NCBI RefSeq assembly: GCF_032116555.1
Contig: NZ_CP134949.1
Coordinates: forward strand, 2,170,001 to 2,234,000
Source of the DNA: Halorarum halobium
GTDB taxonomy: Archaea; Halobacteriota; Halobacteria; Halobacteriales; Haloferacaceae
Direction of reading: 5' to 3'
DNA length: 64,000 bases
The notes beneath the pieces were generated by a model, which saw only the letters and a list, made by a program, of their open reading frames with translations, did not search any database and was not told the origin of the DNA. The position numbers were made by a program, and so were the translations under genes. How positions within the stretch are numbered: position 1 is the stretch's first letter; each line of letters starts with the position of its first letter. Shown here in pieces: positions 51,546 through 59,653 of the stretch.

Positions 51546-53000
51546 ATGCTCGAATCTCACACCACGCGGAGACGAGTCGTACAGGGCGCCGGCGTCATCG
51601 GCGTCGCAGGTCTCGCCGGGGGGTCAGTCGTGACCGCCCAGGAGGGCGGCGGGGACGACGGCGGCGATCAGGCGGCGATCCGGGTGGCCCACGCGTCGCC
51701 GGACGCGCCGAACGTCGACGTCACGCTCTCCCCGGCAGGCGGCGCGACCGGGGGAGGCGTGGGAACCGGGAACGACACTGCCGGCGCGGACGGCGGGAAC
51801 GAGACGGAGGGGACACCGGCGGGCGACGGGGAGGCCGCCGGCGTCGAACTGACGGGCCTCGGGTTCGGTGAGGTGAGTTCCTACGCCGAGGTCGCCCCCG
51901 ACACGTATCAGGTCCGGATCGCCACCGCCGAGGCGGGACTGCTCGGCGGGATCCTGGGCGATCTCTTCGGCGGCGACGACGCCGAGGACGGGACGGTCGT
52001 GTACGACGGCGAGATCGAGGTCGACGCGGGAACGACGTACACCGCCGTGGCCTTCGGTCAGGTCTCCGAGGGGCCGGCGTCGACGGACACCGGGATGGCC
52101 AACGAGACGGCGACGGGGAACGAGACCGGAGACGGCGTCGGCAACGAGACCGGAGACGGCGTCGGCAACGAGACCGACACCGGGGCCGAGGGGACGGACG
52201 AGCCGGGATCCACGATGGAGGGCTTCCGCGTCGAGGTCCTCGAGGACGACCTCTCCGCGCCCGCCGAGGGAGCGGCGCGGGTGCGCGTCTTCCACGCCGT
52301 GCCCGACGCGGGCCCGGTCAGCATCTCCGCTGCCGGCGGCGGCGACGCGGACGGCGCGGGGGCCGGTAACGAAACCGAAGCCGCTGGGATGGGCAACGAA
52401 ACGGACGTCGGCGGAACCGACAACGAAACCGACGGGGTGGGGACGGAAACGGGGACCGAATCGGCGACGGGTGGTGAAGCCGGCGGCCAGACGCTCGTGG
52501 AGGAACTGGAGTACGGCGCAACCGAGACGTTCGAGGCCCCGGCCGGCGACTACACGGTACAGATCAGCCCGACCGGCGGGATGACGGGCGACGGCATGGG
52601 CGGCGACGACGCCGCGGTCGGCAACGAAACCGACGCCGGCGACGACGCTGGCGAGGAGGCCACGGGTCCGATCGAAGCCGACGTCACCCTGGAGGCCGGG
52701 ACGGTGTACAGCGGGTTCGCGATGGGCTATCTCGATCCCGAGGCCGCCGACGTCGGCGGGATGGCCGGCAACGAAACGGCCGGCGACGCGGGCAACGAAA
52801 CCGATGCCGGCGTGGGCACCGAGACGGGCAACGAAACCGGCGTCGGAAACGAGACGGACGGCGCGGGGACCGACGGAACGGGCCAGGACGGCGAGCTTCC
52901 CGGGTTCCAACTGGTCGTCGTCCAGACCTCGCAGGACGGCGAGCGCTCCGAGGGCGGCACGGACGGACTGCTCAGCGTCGGGGCGGTGTTCGGCGCGTAG
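51546..53000 (+). CDS. Tat-exported DUF4397-like protein with N-E-T repeats
   Basis: 'TTRRRVV' Tat signal; two 'RVxHAxPDAxxV' repeats. Confidence 0.8.
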   Translation: MLESHTTRRRVVQGAGVIGVAGLAGGSVVTAQEGGGDDGGDQAAIRVAHASPDAPNVDVTLSPAGGATGGGVGTGNDTAGADGGNETEGTPAGDGEAAGVELTGLGFGEVSSYAEVAPDTYQVRIATAEAGLLGGILGDLFGGDDAEDGTVVYDGEIEVDAGTTYTAVAFGQVSEGPASTDTGMANETATGNETGDGVGNETGDGVGNETDTGAEGTDEPGSTMEGFRVEVLEDDLSAPAEGAARVRVFHAVPDAGPVSISAAGGGDADGAGAGNETEAAGMGNETDVGGTDNETDGVGTETGTESATGGEAGGQTLVEELEYGATETFEAPAGDYTVQISPTGGMTGDGMGGDDAAVGNETDAGDDAGEEATGPIEADVTLEAGTVYSGFAMGYLDPEAADVGGMAGNETAGDAGNETDAGVGTETGNETGVGNETDGAGTDGTGQDGELPGFQLVVVQTSQDGERSEGGTDGLLSVGAVFGA

Positions 53001-53096
53001 TCGGGCCGTCGAACGTGGCCCGAGCGACCGGGCGAACGCACCGGTCGCCGGACCCACGCGACGATTTTTCACTGCGGGTCTCACGCCCGGTCGGAG

Positions 53097-53524
53097 TCAG
53101 TCGGTCTCGTCCGGCATCGGGTGGGTGTACCACCACGCCCAGCAGGGCAGGACGCCCTGGAGCGGGAGGCGCGCCCACGTCGCCGCGTCGGGAGGTTCCC
53201 TGGCCCAGCCGGGGACCCCCGCGATCGACACGTCGCCGGTCGCCATGTGGACGTTCGCCGGGAAGACGGCGAGCAGCAGCAGCACGAGCCCCCAGGCCGA
53301 GTGCCGTCGCGTCCGTGGAACAAGCACGCCGACGCCGAGGAGGATTTCTGCGACTCCGGAGAGGTGACGAGCTCGACCGGCCGCGGGAACGCGGGCGGGA
53401 CGACCTGGGCGTACACCCGCGGCGCGACGAAGTGCATCAGGCCGGCGAGCACGTAGAAGGCACCCATGACGTACAGGAGCGGTCCCTTGTACCGGGCGAG
53501 GCGGCCGTCGGTCGCGTGGGTCAC
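53097..53524 (-). pseudogene. DoxX-like membrane protein, frameshifted
   Basis: N half (…AGLMHF…PVELV) and C half (LSGVAEILLG…FPANVHMA…RLPLQ) are in different frames; 1-nt loss at 53365/53366. Confidence 0.75.
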
Positions 53525-53605
53525 TCACCTAGGTGTCGAGGTGACGGGGGAAAGCTGTATCCCCGTCCGGTCGTTCGCTCGGCTCACGACGGTGAATTCG
53601 GAAAA

Positions 53606-53679
53606 TGCCGCCTCCCCGATTTGAACGGGGGACAGCTCGATCTTCAGTCGAGTGCTCTCCCAGTCTGAGCTAAGGCGGC
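53606..53679 (-). tRNA. tRNA-Phe(GAA)
   Basis: GCCGCCT/AGGCGGC acceptor stem, ctcga-ctGAAga-tcgag anticodon arm, TTCAAAT T-loop. Confidence 0.97.
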
Positions 53680-53730
53680 CCGTTCGAATCGACTCCGGCG
53701 ACCGGAAAAAGGGTTTCGAAACGCCCGCCG

Positions 53731-54279
53731 TCAGGCGACCTGCCGGCGCTCACTGAACGTGAGCGTCACGTCCTCCGACCGGACGGTCGTCCGGATGGTG
53801 ACCCAGCCGTCGTTCTGCCGGACCCGGTATCCCTCGGCGTACGTGAGCTTGACGCGCTTGGTCGCCGTCGTGGTCGCCCCGGCGTCCATCTCCCCGACGT
53901 CCTCCTTGCCCTGCCAGATCCGGTCTCCCGAGTCGGTGCTGTTCCCGGCGAACATGCGCACGTACACGGTGATGCCGGTCGCGGTCTCCTCCCGGTTGTT
54001 CGTCAGTTCGACGGTGACGTCGCGGCACGTCCGCCCGCACGTCTCGGTGTCGGTCACCTGGAAGTAGTACGCCGGGAGGCTCTGGCCCGAGCCATCGCCG
54101 CTCCCGCCGGCACCGCCGCTCCCCCCGCTCTCGACCGGCGTCCCGGTCGGGAACTCGCCCAGGTCCTCGCTGTCGCCGCTCGGTGCGAACGGCCCGACGC
54201 CGACGAAGAACGCCGCCGCGGCTCCGACCGCCACCAGCAACACCACGACGGCGACTGCTGCGACTCGTTTCCCGTTCAT
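53731..54279 (-). CDS. Hypothetical membrane-anchored secreted protein
   Basis: N-terminal hydrophobic helix, G/S linker, 'CGRTCRDV'. Confidence 0.75.
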   Translation of the reverse strand: MNGKRVAAVAVVVLLVAVGAAAAFFVGVGPFAPSGDSEDLGEFPTGTPVESGGSGGAGGSGDGSGQSLPAYYFQVTDTETCGRTCRDVTVELTNNREETATGITVYVRMFAGNSTDSGDRIWQGKEDVGEMDAGATTTATKRVKLTYAEGYRVRQNDGWVTIRTTVRSEDVTLTFSERRQVA

Positions 54280-54498
54280 CGCCGTCTCCCCCACCTGTGG
54301 TCCCGCATCGCCGCCGCGTTTGTAACGGGGGGTGAAAGCTCTGATGACCGCCTCGCTGACGCTTCCCGACCGAACGTTCGGTCGAGACCACGCCGTCTCG
54401 GAAACGGCCGTCCGAACCCCGATCAGTTCAGACCCGTTCATCCGCCTCGCAGCCGTCCTCGCTCCTCGCTACGCTCGTCGCGGTGGCGTCGGCAGAAG

Positions 54499-54591
54499 TG
54501 GCTTCGGGCGGAGTTGAACCGCGGAACCGCGAGGCGGTTCCTATGGTATCCCCGCTTCCCGTGGGGAAGGCGGGGAACCACCGATCTCTTC
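54499..54591 (-). repeat. att site: displaced 3' copy of tRNA-Val interrupted by a 59-nt insertion
   Basis: 54504-54520 = 61750-61766 and 54575-54591 = 61762-61778 (17 bp each). Confidence 0.88.
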
Positions 54592-54655
54592 AGAGCATCT
54601 GTAACGTCGTGCCTCCCCATGCAGGAGCGTGGCGTGCCGCACTCAGGAGCCAATA

Positions 54656-55669
54656 ATGTCCGAACTGCAATCGATGAACCCTGAGGAAGCGGTAGAAATG
54701 TACATTGAAACACGCAAAGGCGACACGGCAGACGCCACAGTACAGAAGCACAGGTACAGGCTACAGAAGTTCCTTGAGTGGTGTGGAGAAGCAGATGTAG
54801 ACGATACCACGCAATTGAACGGAAGGAACCTCCACAAATTCCGTCTCTGGCGGAAGGAGGACGGTGAACTGGCGAAGGTATCCCTCCGTAGCCAACTCAG
54901 CAGCATTCGAACATTCATCCGTTTCTGCGAGAATGTAGACGCTGTAGAGCAGGACCTGCACAAGAAGATAGAGTTACCAGATGTTTCGCCTGAGGAGAGT
55001 AGTCGTGATACAGTCCTTGAGCCTGAACGTGCCGAGAAGATTCAGACCTTCTTACAGCGATTCCGCTATGCAACCCGTGAACATGCACTGTTTGAATTGC
55101 TCTGGCGGACGGGGGTCCGAATTGGAACAGCACGATCTCTTGATCTTGAGGACTTTGAGGAGGAAGAGGAACGTCTGAGGATAAGACACCGTGCTGAGTC
55201 AGGCACCCCGCTAAAGAACGCGGAACGGGCTGAGCGGTACATTGCGATAAGTACCGACCTGACGGCTATACTCTCGGATTGGATCGCACAGAATCGGCCT
55301 GAGGTGACCGATGACCACGGACGGGAACCGCTATTCGCTTCATCCCGTGGAAGGTGCTCAAAGAGTACCCTGCGTCGTACAGTCTATCGCGTTTCTCAGC
55401 CCTGCTATTATGGAGACAGTTGCCCGCACGACCGCGAGCCGTCTGACTGTGCTGCAGAGGGCTACGCGGGCGGACAGAAGTGTCCGAGCAGTGTTGACCC
55501 CCACACGATTAGGAGGGGGGCTATCACGCACTTCCTATCCGAAGACGTGCCTGAGAAAGTCGTGAGTGACCGTATGAATGTGAGCGGAAAGGTCCTTGAA
55601 CGACATTACGACAAACGATCTGAAGAGCGCAAGACCGAGCAGAGGCGACAATTTCTCAGTAACGTATAG
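54656..55669 (+). CDS. int: Tyrosine integrase, haloarchaeal SNJ2-like type
   Basis: 'TGVRIG' R, 'TPLKN' K, 'HTIRRG' HxxR, 'RHYD' Y; C..CPH..C..CPSS insert. Confidence 0.92.
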   Translation: MSELQSMNPEEAVEMYIETRKGDTADATVQKHRYRLQKFLEWCGEADVDDTTQLNGRNLHKFRLWRKEDGELAKVSLRSQLSSIRTFIRFCENVDAVEQDLHKKIELPDVSPEESSRDTVLEPERAEKIQTFLQRFRYATREHALFELLWRTGVRIGTARSLDLEDFEEEEERLRIRHRAESGTPLKNAERAERYIAISTDLTAILSDWIAQNRPEVTDDHGREPLFASSRGRCSKSTLRRTVYRVSQPCYYGDSCPHDREPSDCAAEGYAGGQKCPSSVDPHTIRRGAITHFLSEDVPEKVVSDRMNVSGKVLERHYDKRSEERKTEQRRQFLSNV

Positions 55670-55819
55670 TCTTCAAGCGTTTCTACTGTGATTTCTCTTC
55701 TTGTCTCTCGCGCAAGACATGGCCGTCTGCCTGCAGAGTAGCGCTGGCTGGGGGTGAACGCGTTTATCACTGCACGCCACACCCCATCTCTGAGCGGGAT
55801 GGGATATAGTATTAGATTC

Positions 55820-55955
55820 TTTATAAGATCACACGTATTATACATTTAGTGTGGGGAGACGTATACAGAAGGACGCAGACCGATTATTCGGTAAATAGGC
55901 ACTTCAACGCCTCTAACCGCTAATCGGTCTATTAGCGTCTATCTCTTTATAAGGC
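55820..55955 (+). promoter_or_regulatory. Promoter/operator region of the RHH-TFB-like operon
   Basis: tctttataag twice; IR agaccgatta (55877-55886) / taatcggtct (55921-55930); overlapping cgctaat/attagcg palindrome. Confidence 0.5.
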
Positions 55956-55995
55956 TCACTCGCACTACATATTCACCTGTAGAGGTGGCAAGATT

Positions 55996-56148
55996 ATGGC
56001 AAATCGTGAGACTACGGTACGAGTTTCTGAGGCAGAGCTTGATGAACTGAAGGCGGTGAAAGAAGTGATGTGGGGGCGTCACGCGGACGACGTTGCTCAC
56101 GGAGCGGTGATTTCAGAACTGTGTGAGCGGTTCCTGGCAGACGACTAA
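55996..56148 (+). CDS. 50-aa ribbon-helix-helix-like protein (not in ORF track)
   Basis: MANRETTVRVSEAELDELKAVKEVMWGRHADDVAHGAVISELCERFLADD; beta-strand 'TTVRVS' plus two helices; gaggtgg upstream. Confidence 0.7.
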   Translation: MANRETTVRVSEAELDELKAVKEVMWGRHADDVAHGAVISELCERFLADD

Positions 56149-56161
56149 TTGCTGACTTTCT

Positions 56162-56884
56162 ATGGTAACTAAGCAAAGCGGCGGGCGAACGCTGTGGGTT
56201 GAACAGGACGATCCGACAGACACGGGGGTAGAAATTGACGCTGACTATTGCCGTGTAGATACGCGAGACGAACCTGCGACTGACGCGTATGTCGGGGGGT
56301 CGGTAGCGATCACGGACGGGGGGCAGCCACTTGACGCCCGCACAGACGCGGCGGCGACGGACACAAAGAGCGAAGATTCTGACGACCTTGACGGGAAGCC
56401 ACTCGAATCTTCCTGGGCGAATACGGGCGTACAGCGGACGACGTTGTACGCGGACGACACTGACGCGAACGGGAATCCGCTTCCACAGTACGGTCTTGAC
56501 GGCACGGATCTCGGAGCACGTCGAAAGCGCATGTGGGGGTACAACAGTGGCTTCGGGTGGTCCGACCGCAGCGAAACAGGTCGTGTAGACATGGAGGCGC
56601 GTGAGACGCGGGAAATGACTGAAGCGGTCGCCTCACAGTGCGGTCTCACGGACAGGCAGCAAGAGGCGGCTGTACAGATCGCACTCAGTATGGACGGGCG
56701 GCGATGGAGTTGGGCGGGTGGACGGCCCGCTATGGCCCTCGGAGCGGTCGCATGTACCGTCGCAGAGACGGCTGCAGACGCTGCGAAGCATGCCGCTGTA
56801 CAATCAGACGCATTCGAAGAGGTGGCGGACAAGGCGTGTCATGTGGACGCTGAGCGGCTTGTGCGATTCGCGTTCGAGGAATGA
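56162..56884 (+). CDS. Hypothetical protein with TFB-like linker and single cyclin-like repeat
   Basis: 'TTLYADDTDANGNPL', 'RKRMWGYNSGF', 'EAVASQCGLTDRQQEAAVQI' resemble TFB by eye. Confidence 0.55.
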   Translation: MVTKQSGGRTLWVEQDDPTDTGVEIDADYCRVDTRDEPATDAYVGGSVAITDGGQPLDARTDAAATDTKSEDSDDLDGKPLESSWANTGVQRTTLYADDTDANGNPLPQYGLDGTDLGARRKRMWGYNSGFGWSDRSETGRVDMEARETREMTEAVASQCGLTDRQQEAAVQIALSMDGRRWSWAGGRPAMALGAVACTVAETAADAAKHAAVQSDAFEEVADKACHVDAERLVRFAFEE

Positions 56885-56897
56885 AGCGGTGCTAAGC

Positions 56898-57170
56898 ATG
56901 TCAAAAAGTGTCAAGGTTAGCACCGACGTGAGAGAACAGTTGAAATCGATTCGTCTAGGGGAAACCCATACACGGACAATCGGCTATCTGGCAGGTCTCT
57001 GGCAGCGACGGCAGACGGGAATAGATACGGTAGAGCATGGACCGCTTGATTCGAAAGTCACGGTTTCAGGTGACTGCCACGCAGTGCTAAGCATGTTACA
57101 GCATAGCATGGGTGTGGACAGTCTCGGCAAAGTTGTTGCCGTGCTTGTGCGGAATCACAGTAGGGAATAG
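56898..57170 (+). CDS. 90-aa tandem RHH-like protein
   Basis: 'KSVKVSTDVREQL' and 'SKVTVSGDCHAVL...DSLGKVV' repeats. Confidence 0.55.
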   Translation: MSKSVKVSTDVREQLKSIRLGETHTRTIGYLAGLWQRRQTGIDTVEHGPLDSKVTVSGDCHAVLSMLQHSMGVDSLGKVVAVLVRNHSRE

Positions 57171-57240
57171 GGTTCTGCCAGTGACTGCGTAACTCGGGGG
57201 CGGGGGTGGGCCGCAGGCGGCGACTTTTCCCCGACCCTTG

Positions 57241-57387
57241 TTATTGACAGTACATGATTCCCTCAGAGAATGAACCGAAAAGAGCACACAGAGAGGGAAA
57301 CAGTATCCAGTAGACAATAATAAACGCGAGAATGAGCGCCAGGACTACAGCGAATATCCAGGAAGCTGCTTGAGCCCTCGTGTTCAT
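57241..57387 (-). CDS. 48-aa membrane peptide with class III (prepilin-like) signal (not in ORF track)
   Basis: MNTRAQAASWIFAVVLALILAFIIVYWILFPSLCALFGSFSEGIMYCQ; TATA-like cttatt 24-29 nt upstream. Confidence 0.65.
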   Translation of the reverse strand: MNTRAQAASWIFAVVLALILAFIIVYWILFPSLCALFGSFSEGIMYCQ

Positions 57388-57617
57388 GTCATAGTATTAT
57401 CAAAGTGTGGAATAAGTCTTCTGTCTCCCCTATTTTACATACCTGATTCACCAACCTCGCAGATCCCCTCGGAAGGGTAATTGTCTGGCATTATTGATGC
57501 CCCTACCCCCGCCAAGCCTTCCCGCTCGGGTTTGGCGAGTTGCACTCGCAACTGGCCGAACTGCGGGGGCACTCCGCCAAGTTTGAAGGATACAATCGGC
57601 GTTTCCGAGCGGCTGTT

Positions 57618-57827
57618 TCAGATTTTCTCTGAGTCGGTATATTCTACCCGATATACGCGATTTTCAGGAACTACAACCTGCTGTATGTTGGTTCCAACAT
57701 CAGAAATATTTCCCGAGCCGCCTCTGCCAAGGTCTACCAGCCATGCCGCTCTACTCTCATCATATGAGATATCAACGGCGTTAATCGTATTCTCTCCGCC
57801 TGGCGTTTCGTAAGTGATTCTCGCCAT
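57618..57827 (-). CDS. Small hypothetical protein (69 aa)
   Basis: ATG-initiated, beta-rich ('VVVPENRVYRVEY'). Confidence 0.6.
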   Translation of the reverse strand: MARITYETPGGENTINAVDISYDESRAAWLVDLGRGGSGNISDVGTNIQQVVVPENRVYRVEYTDSEKI

Positions 57828-58363
57828 ATCGCAGTTTATTCCCGATTACTCAAAAACCTCCGTCAACGCCAGACTCGTGGCGGCAGATGCATGTGGTGCG
57901 TTATTATGGCGATACGCGTGGCTGAAAGGGATGTGAATAACGGACGGGGAACACTCCCCGCCCGTAGGCAACTAAGCCGAGACTGCGGAGCGGATTTTCA
58001 CCGCGACAGACGGGCAGTCGAAATCAACTTTGACGACCTGCAGAGGCGTGATGCCTCTGCATGAACACATATTCCATTTGACCCCGAACAGCCTCGATCA
58101 CACATGCGCATAGAGGAGAGGTGCGTCAACAATGCACACGCTGGTACGACAAACTCACGGCTCAAGAGTGAGGCACAGGTGCATCATTCAGCACCTGTAC
58201 AACCAGATTATTCCATCACAGATTCAATGAAGAATCTATAATAAAATAGTTTATACAATCCACCTCCCTTCACTAACACCTATTGTATTTGACCCCCCTT
58301 GATCCTCTACCTGTTGCTGAGATTCTATCTACTACTGGCAAATGGTATATGTGTTAGTGAACA

Positions 58364-58645
58364 ATGAAGACAACAATCCGAACACTGGCAGAGGGAGACA
58401 CGGTAGAACTTGGTGACGTGGAGGCGTCTACAGTCGAACGAACCCGTCACGGCAAACTACAGCTGTTAGCTGTACACAGTGGCGAGTCTCAGGAATATGT
58501 TGTAATCACTACGCACTTCGAGGACGGCGAAAAGATCCAGGTGTCAGAGGGAGGACAGATTCTTGCCGCTACAGACGGAGGCGGTCGTGCAAATCCTGTC
58601 GCCTGGATGCTTGTACCCGCAGATTCCTACGGAGGTGCAGCATGA
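58364..58645 (+). CDS. Hypothetical protein (93 aa, TDGG motif)
   Basis: Follows an AT-rich promoter region; stop overlaps the next start; ggaggtg RBS at its end. Confidence 0.7.
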   Translation: MKTTIRTLAEGDTVELGDVEASTVERTRHGKLQLLAVHSGESQEYVVITTHFEDGEKIQVSEGGQILAATDGGGRANPVAWMLVPADSYGGAA

Positions 58646-59325
58646 ATCTGAGTAGCCGCAGCATCATGGAATGCCGTGAGAGGGACGGGGCTGCTGCAGA
58701 CGACAGGCCCGAGTACGTAGAGGATGCTCTACAGCAAAGGCGTCGGGTTGGTTGGCGTTCAGGAAAGCCTCTCGTACAGCATCCTGAGGGGGTAGACGAA
58801 GATCTTGTACTCGGGGAGGATGTTAGCGAAGCGTACAGCCACTATGTCCGTGGCAGTGACCTGTACTTGCCTGAAGCAGGGGAGTTCTTGGCAAAACTAT
58901 TCGACGCAGTGGATTCTGTGGAGGATGCTGCCGAGGAACTGAATTCTGACGGGTCCACTGTTCGGAAGGCTGCAGATCTCCACGGACTTGAGATTCCTGA
59001 AGGGGGTGAATCCGCAGACGAGGGTACAGAAGATAAAATTAAGCTCCCTTCTGGAGAGTGCATCCCCCTTGAAGTGTGCTGCAGACCCGTCCATTCAGAC
59101 CCCCGTGTTCTGACGCAGCTACTCGCCACGGAGGGCATGGGGGTCGAAGAGGCGGCACGCTGGTTCAGCGAAACTGTAGGCGAACAGGTCTCGCCTCAGG
59201 ACGTTCGTGAGGCGGCTCAAGACTGCAACCTCCTACGCGGTGGAGGGGATTCCAGCAGCCCAATCCCTGATAGGCGGCGAACGGTGACGGCTGAGGACAG
59301 GGATGTAGTCAGCACACCGTGGTGA
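58642..59325 (+). CDS. Hypothetical protein with two HTH-like segments
   Basis: 'VEDAAEELNSDGSTVRKAADLHGL' and 'GMGVEEAARWFSE...SPQDVREA'. Confidence 0.65.
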   Translation: MNLSSRSIMECRERDGAAADDRPEYVEDALQQRRRVGWRSGKPLVQHPEGVDEDLVLGEDVSEAYSHYVRGSDLYLPEAGEFLAKLFDAVDSVEDAAEELNSDGSTVRKAADLHGLEIPEGGESADEGTEDKIKLPSGECIPLEVCCRPVHSDPRVLTQLLATEGMGVEEAARWFSETVGEQVSPQDVREAAQDCNLLRGGGDSSSPIPDRRRTVTAEDRDVVSTPW

Positions 59326-59328
59326 GGG

Positions 59329-59640
59329 ATGGCTGTAGCGACGAATGGCGCGGAAAGCGATTCGCCAGCTGAGGTGCTTCGGGAGGCGGCACCTCTGTCC
59401 CGCGAATCGCTGTATAGTGAAGAGGTAGTGACGGCCCTATGGGAAGAGGCGGAACAGAACCCACGGACAGGTGCCGCTTCCGTCTACGAGTGCGCAGAGG
59501 TGTATCGGGCTTTCGAGCACAGCCCTGCTCACACGTACGAGATTGCGACGGCACTGAATTACCACGACCTGTGCAGCGTGCCGAGTAAACGAACTAGTAC
59601 CGCGTTTCGGGCGGAATTAGAACACAACGCCCCTTGTTAG
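59329..59640 (+). CDS. Hypothetical protein (103 aa)
   Basis: Starts 3 nt after the upstream stop; acidic. Confidence 0.6.
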   Translation: MAVATNGAESDSPAEVLREAAPLSRESLYSEEVVTALWEEAEQNPRTGAASVYECAEVYRAFEHSPAHTYEIATALNYHDLCSVPSKRTSTAFRAELEHNAPC

Positions 59641-59653
59641 ATAATCCCGATCC

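Noticed and set aside
54357..54367. 11-mer tgacgcttccc matching the tRNA-Val D/anticodon stem in inverted orientation
   Set aside because: Short, wrong orientation for an att site, plausibly chance
54521..54579. Insert interpreted as a spliceable tRNA intron
   Set aside because: No convincing bulge-helix-bulge motif, and the copy lacks the tRNA 5' half
57906..58064. 52-aa ORF MAIRVAERDV...
   Set aside because: Arg-rich, no motif or clear promoter; overlaps a hairpin
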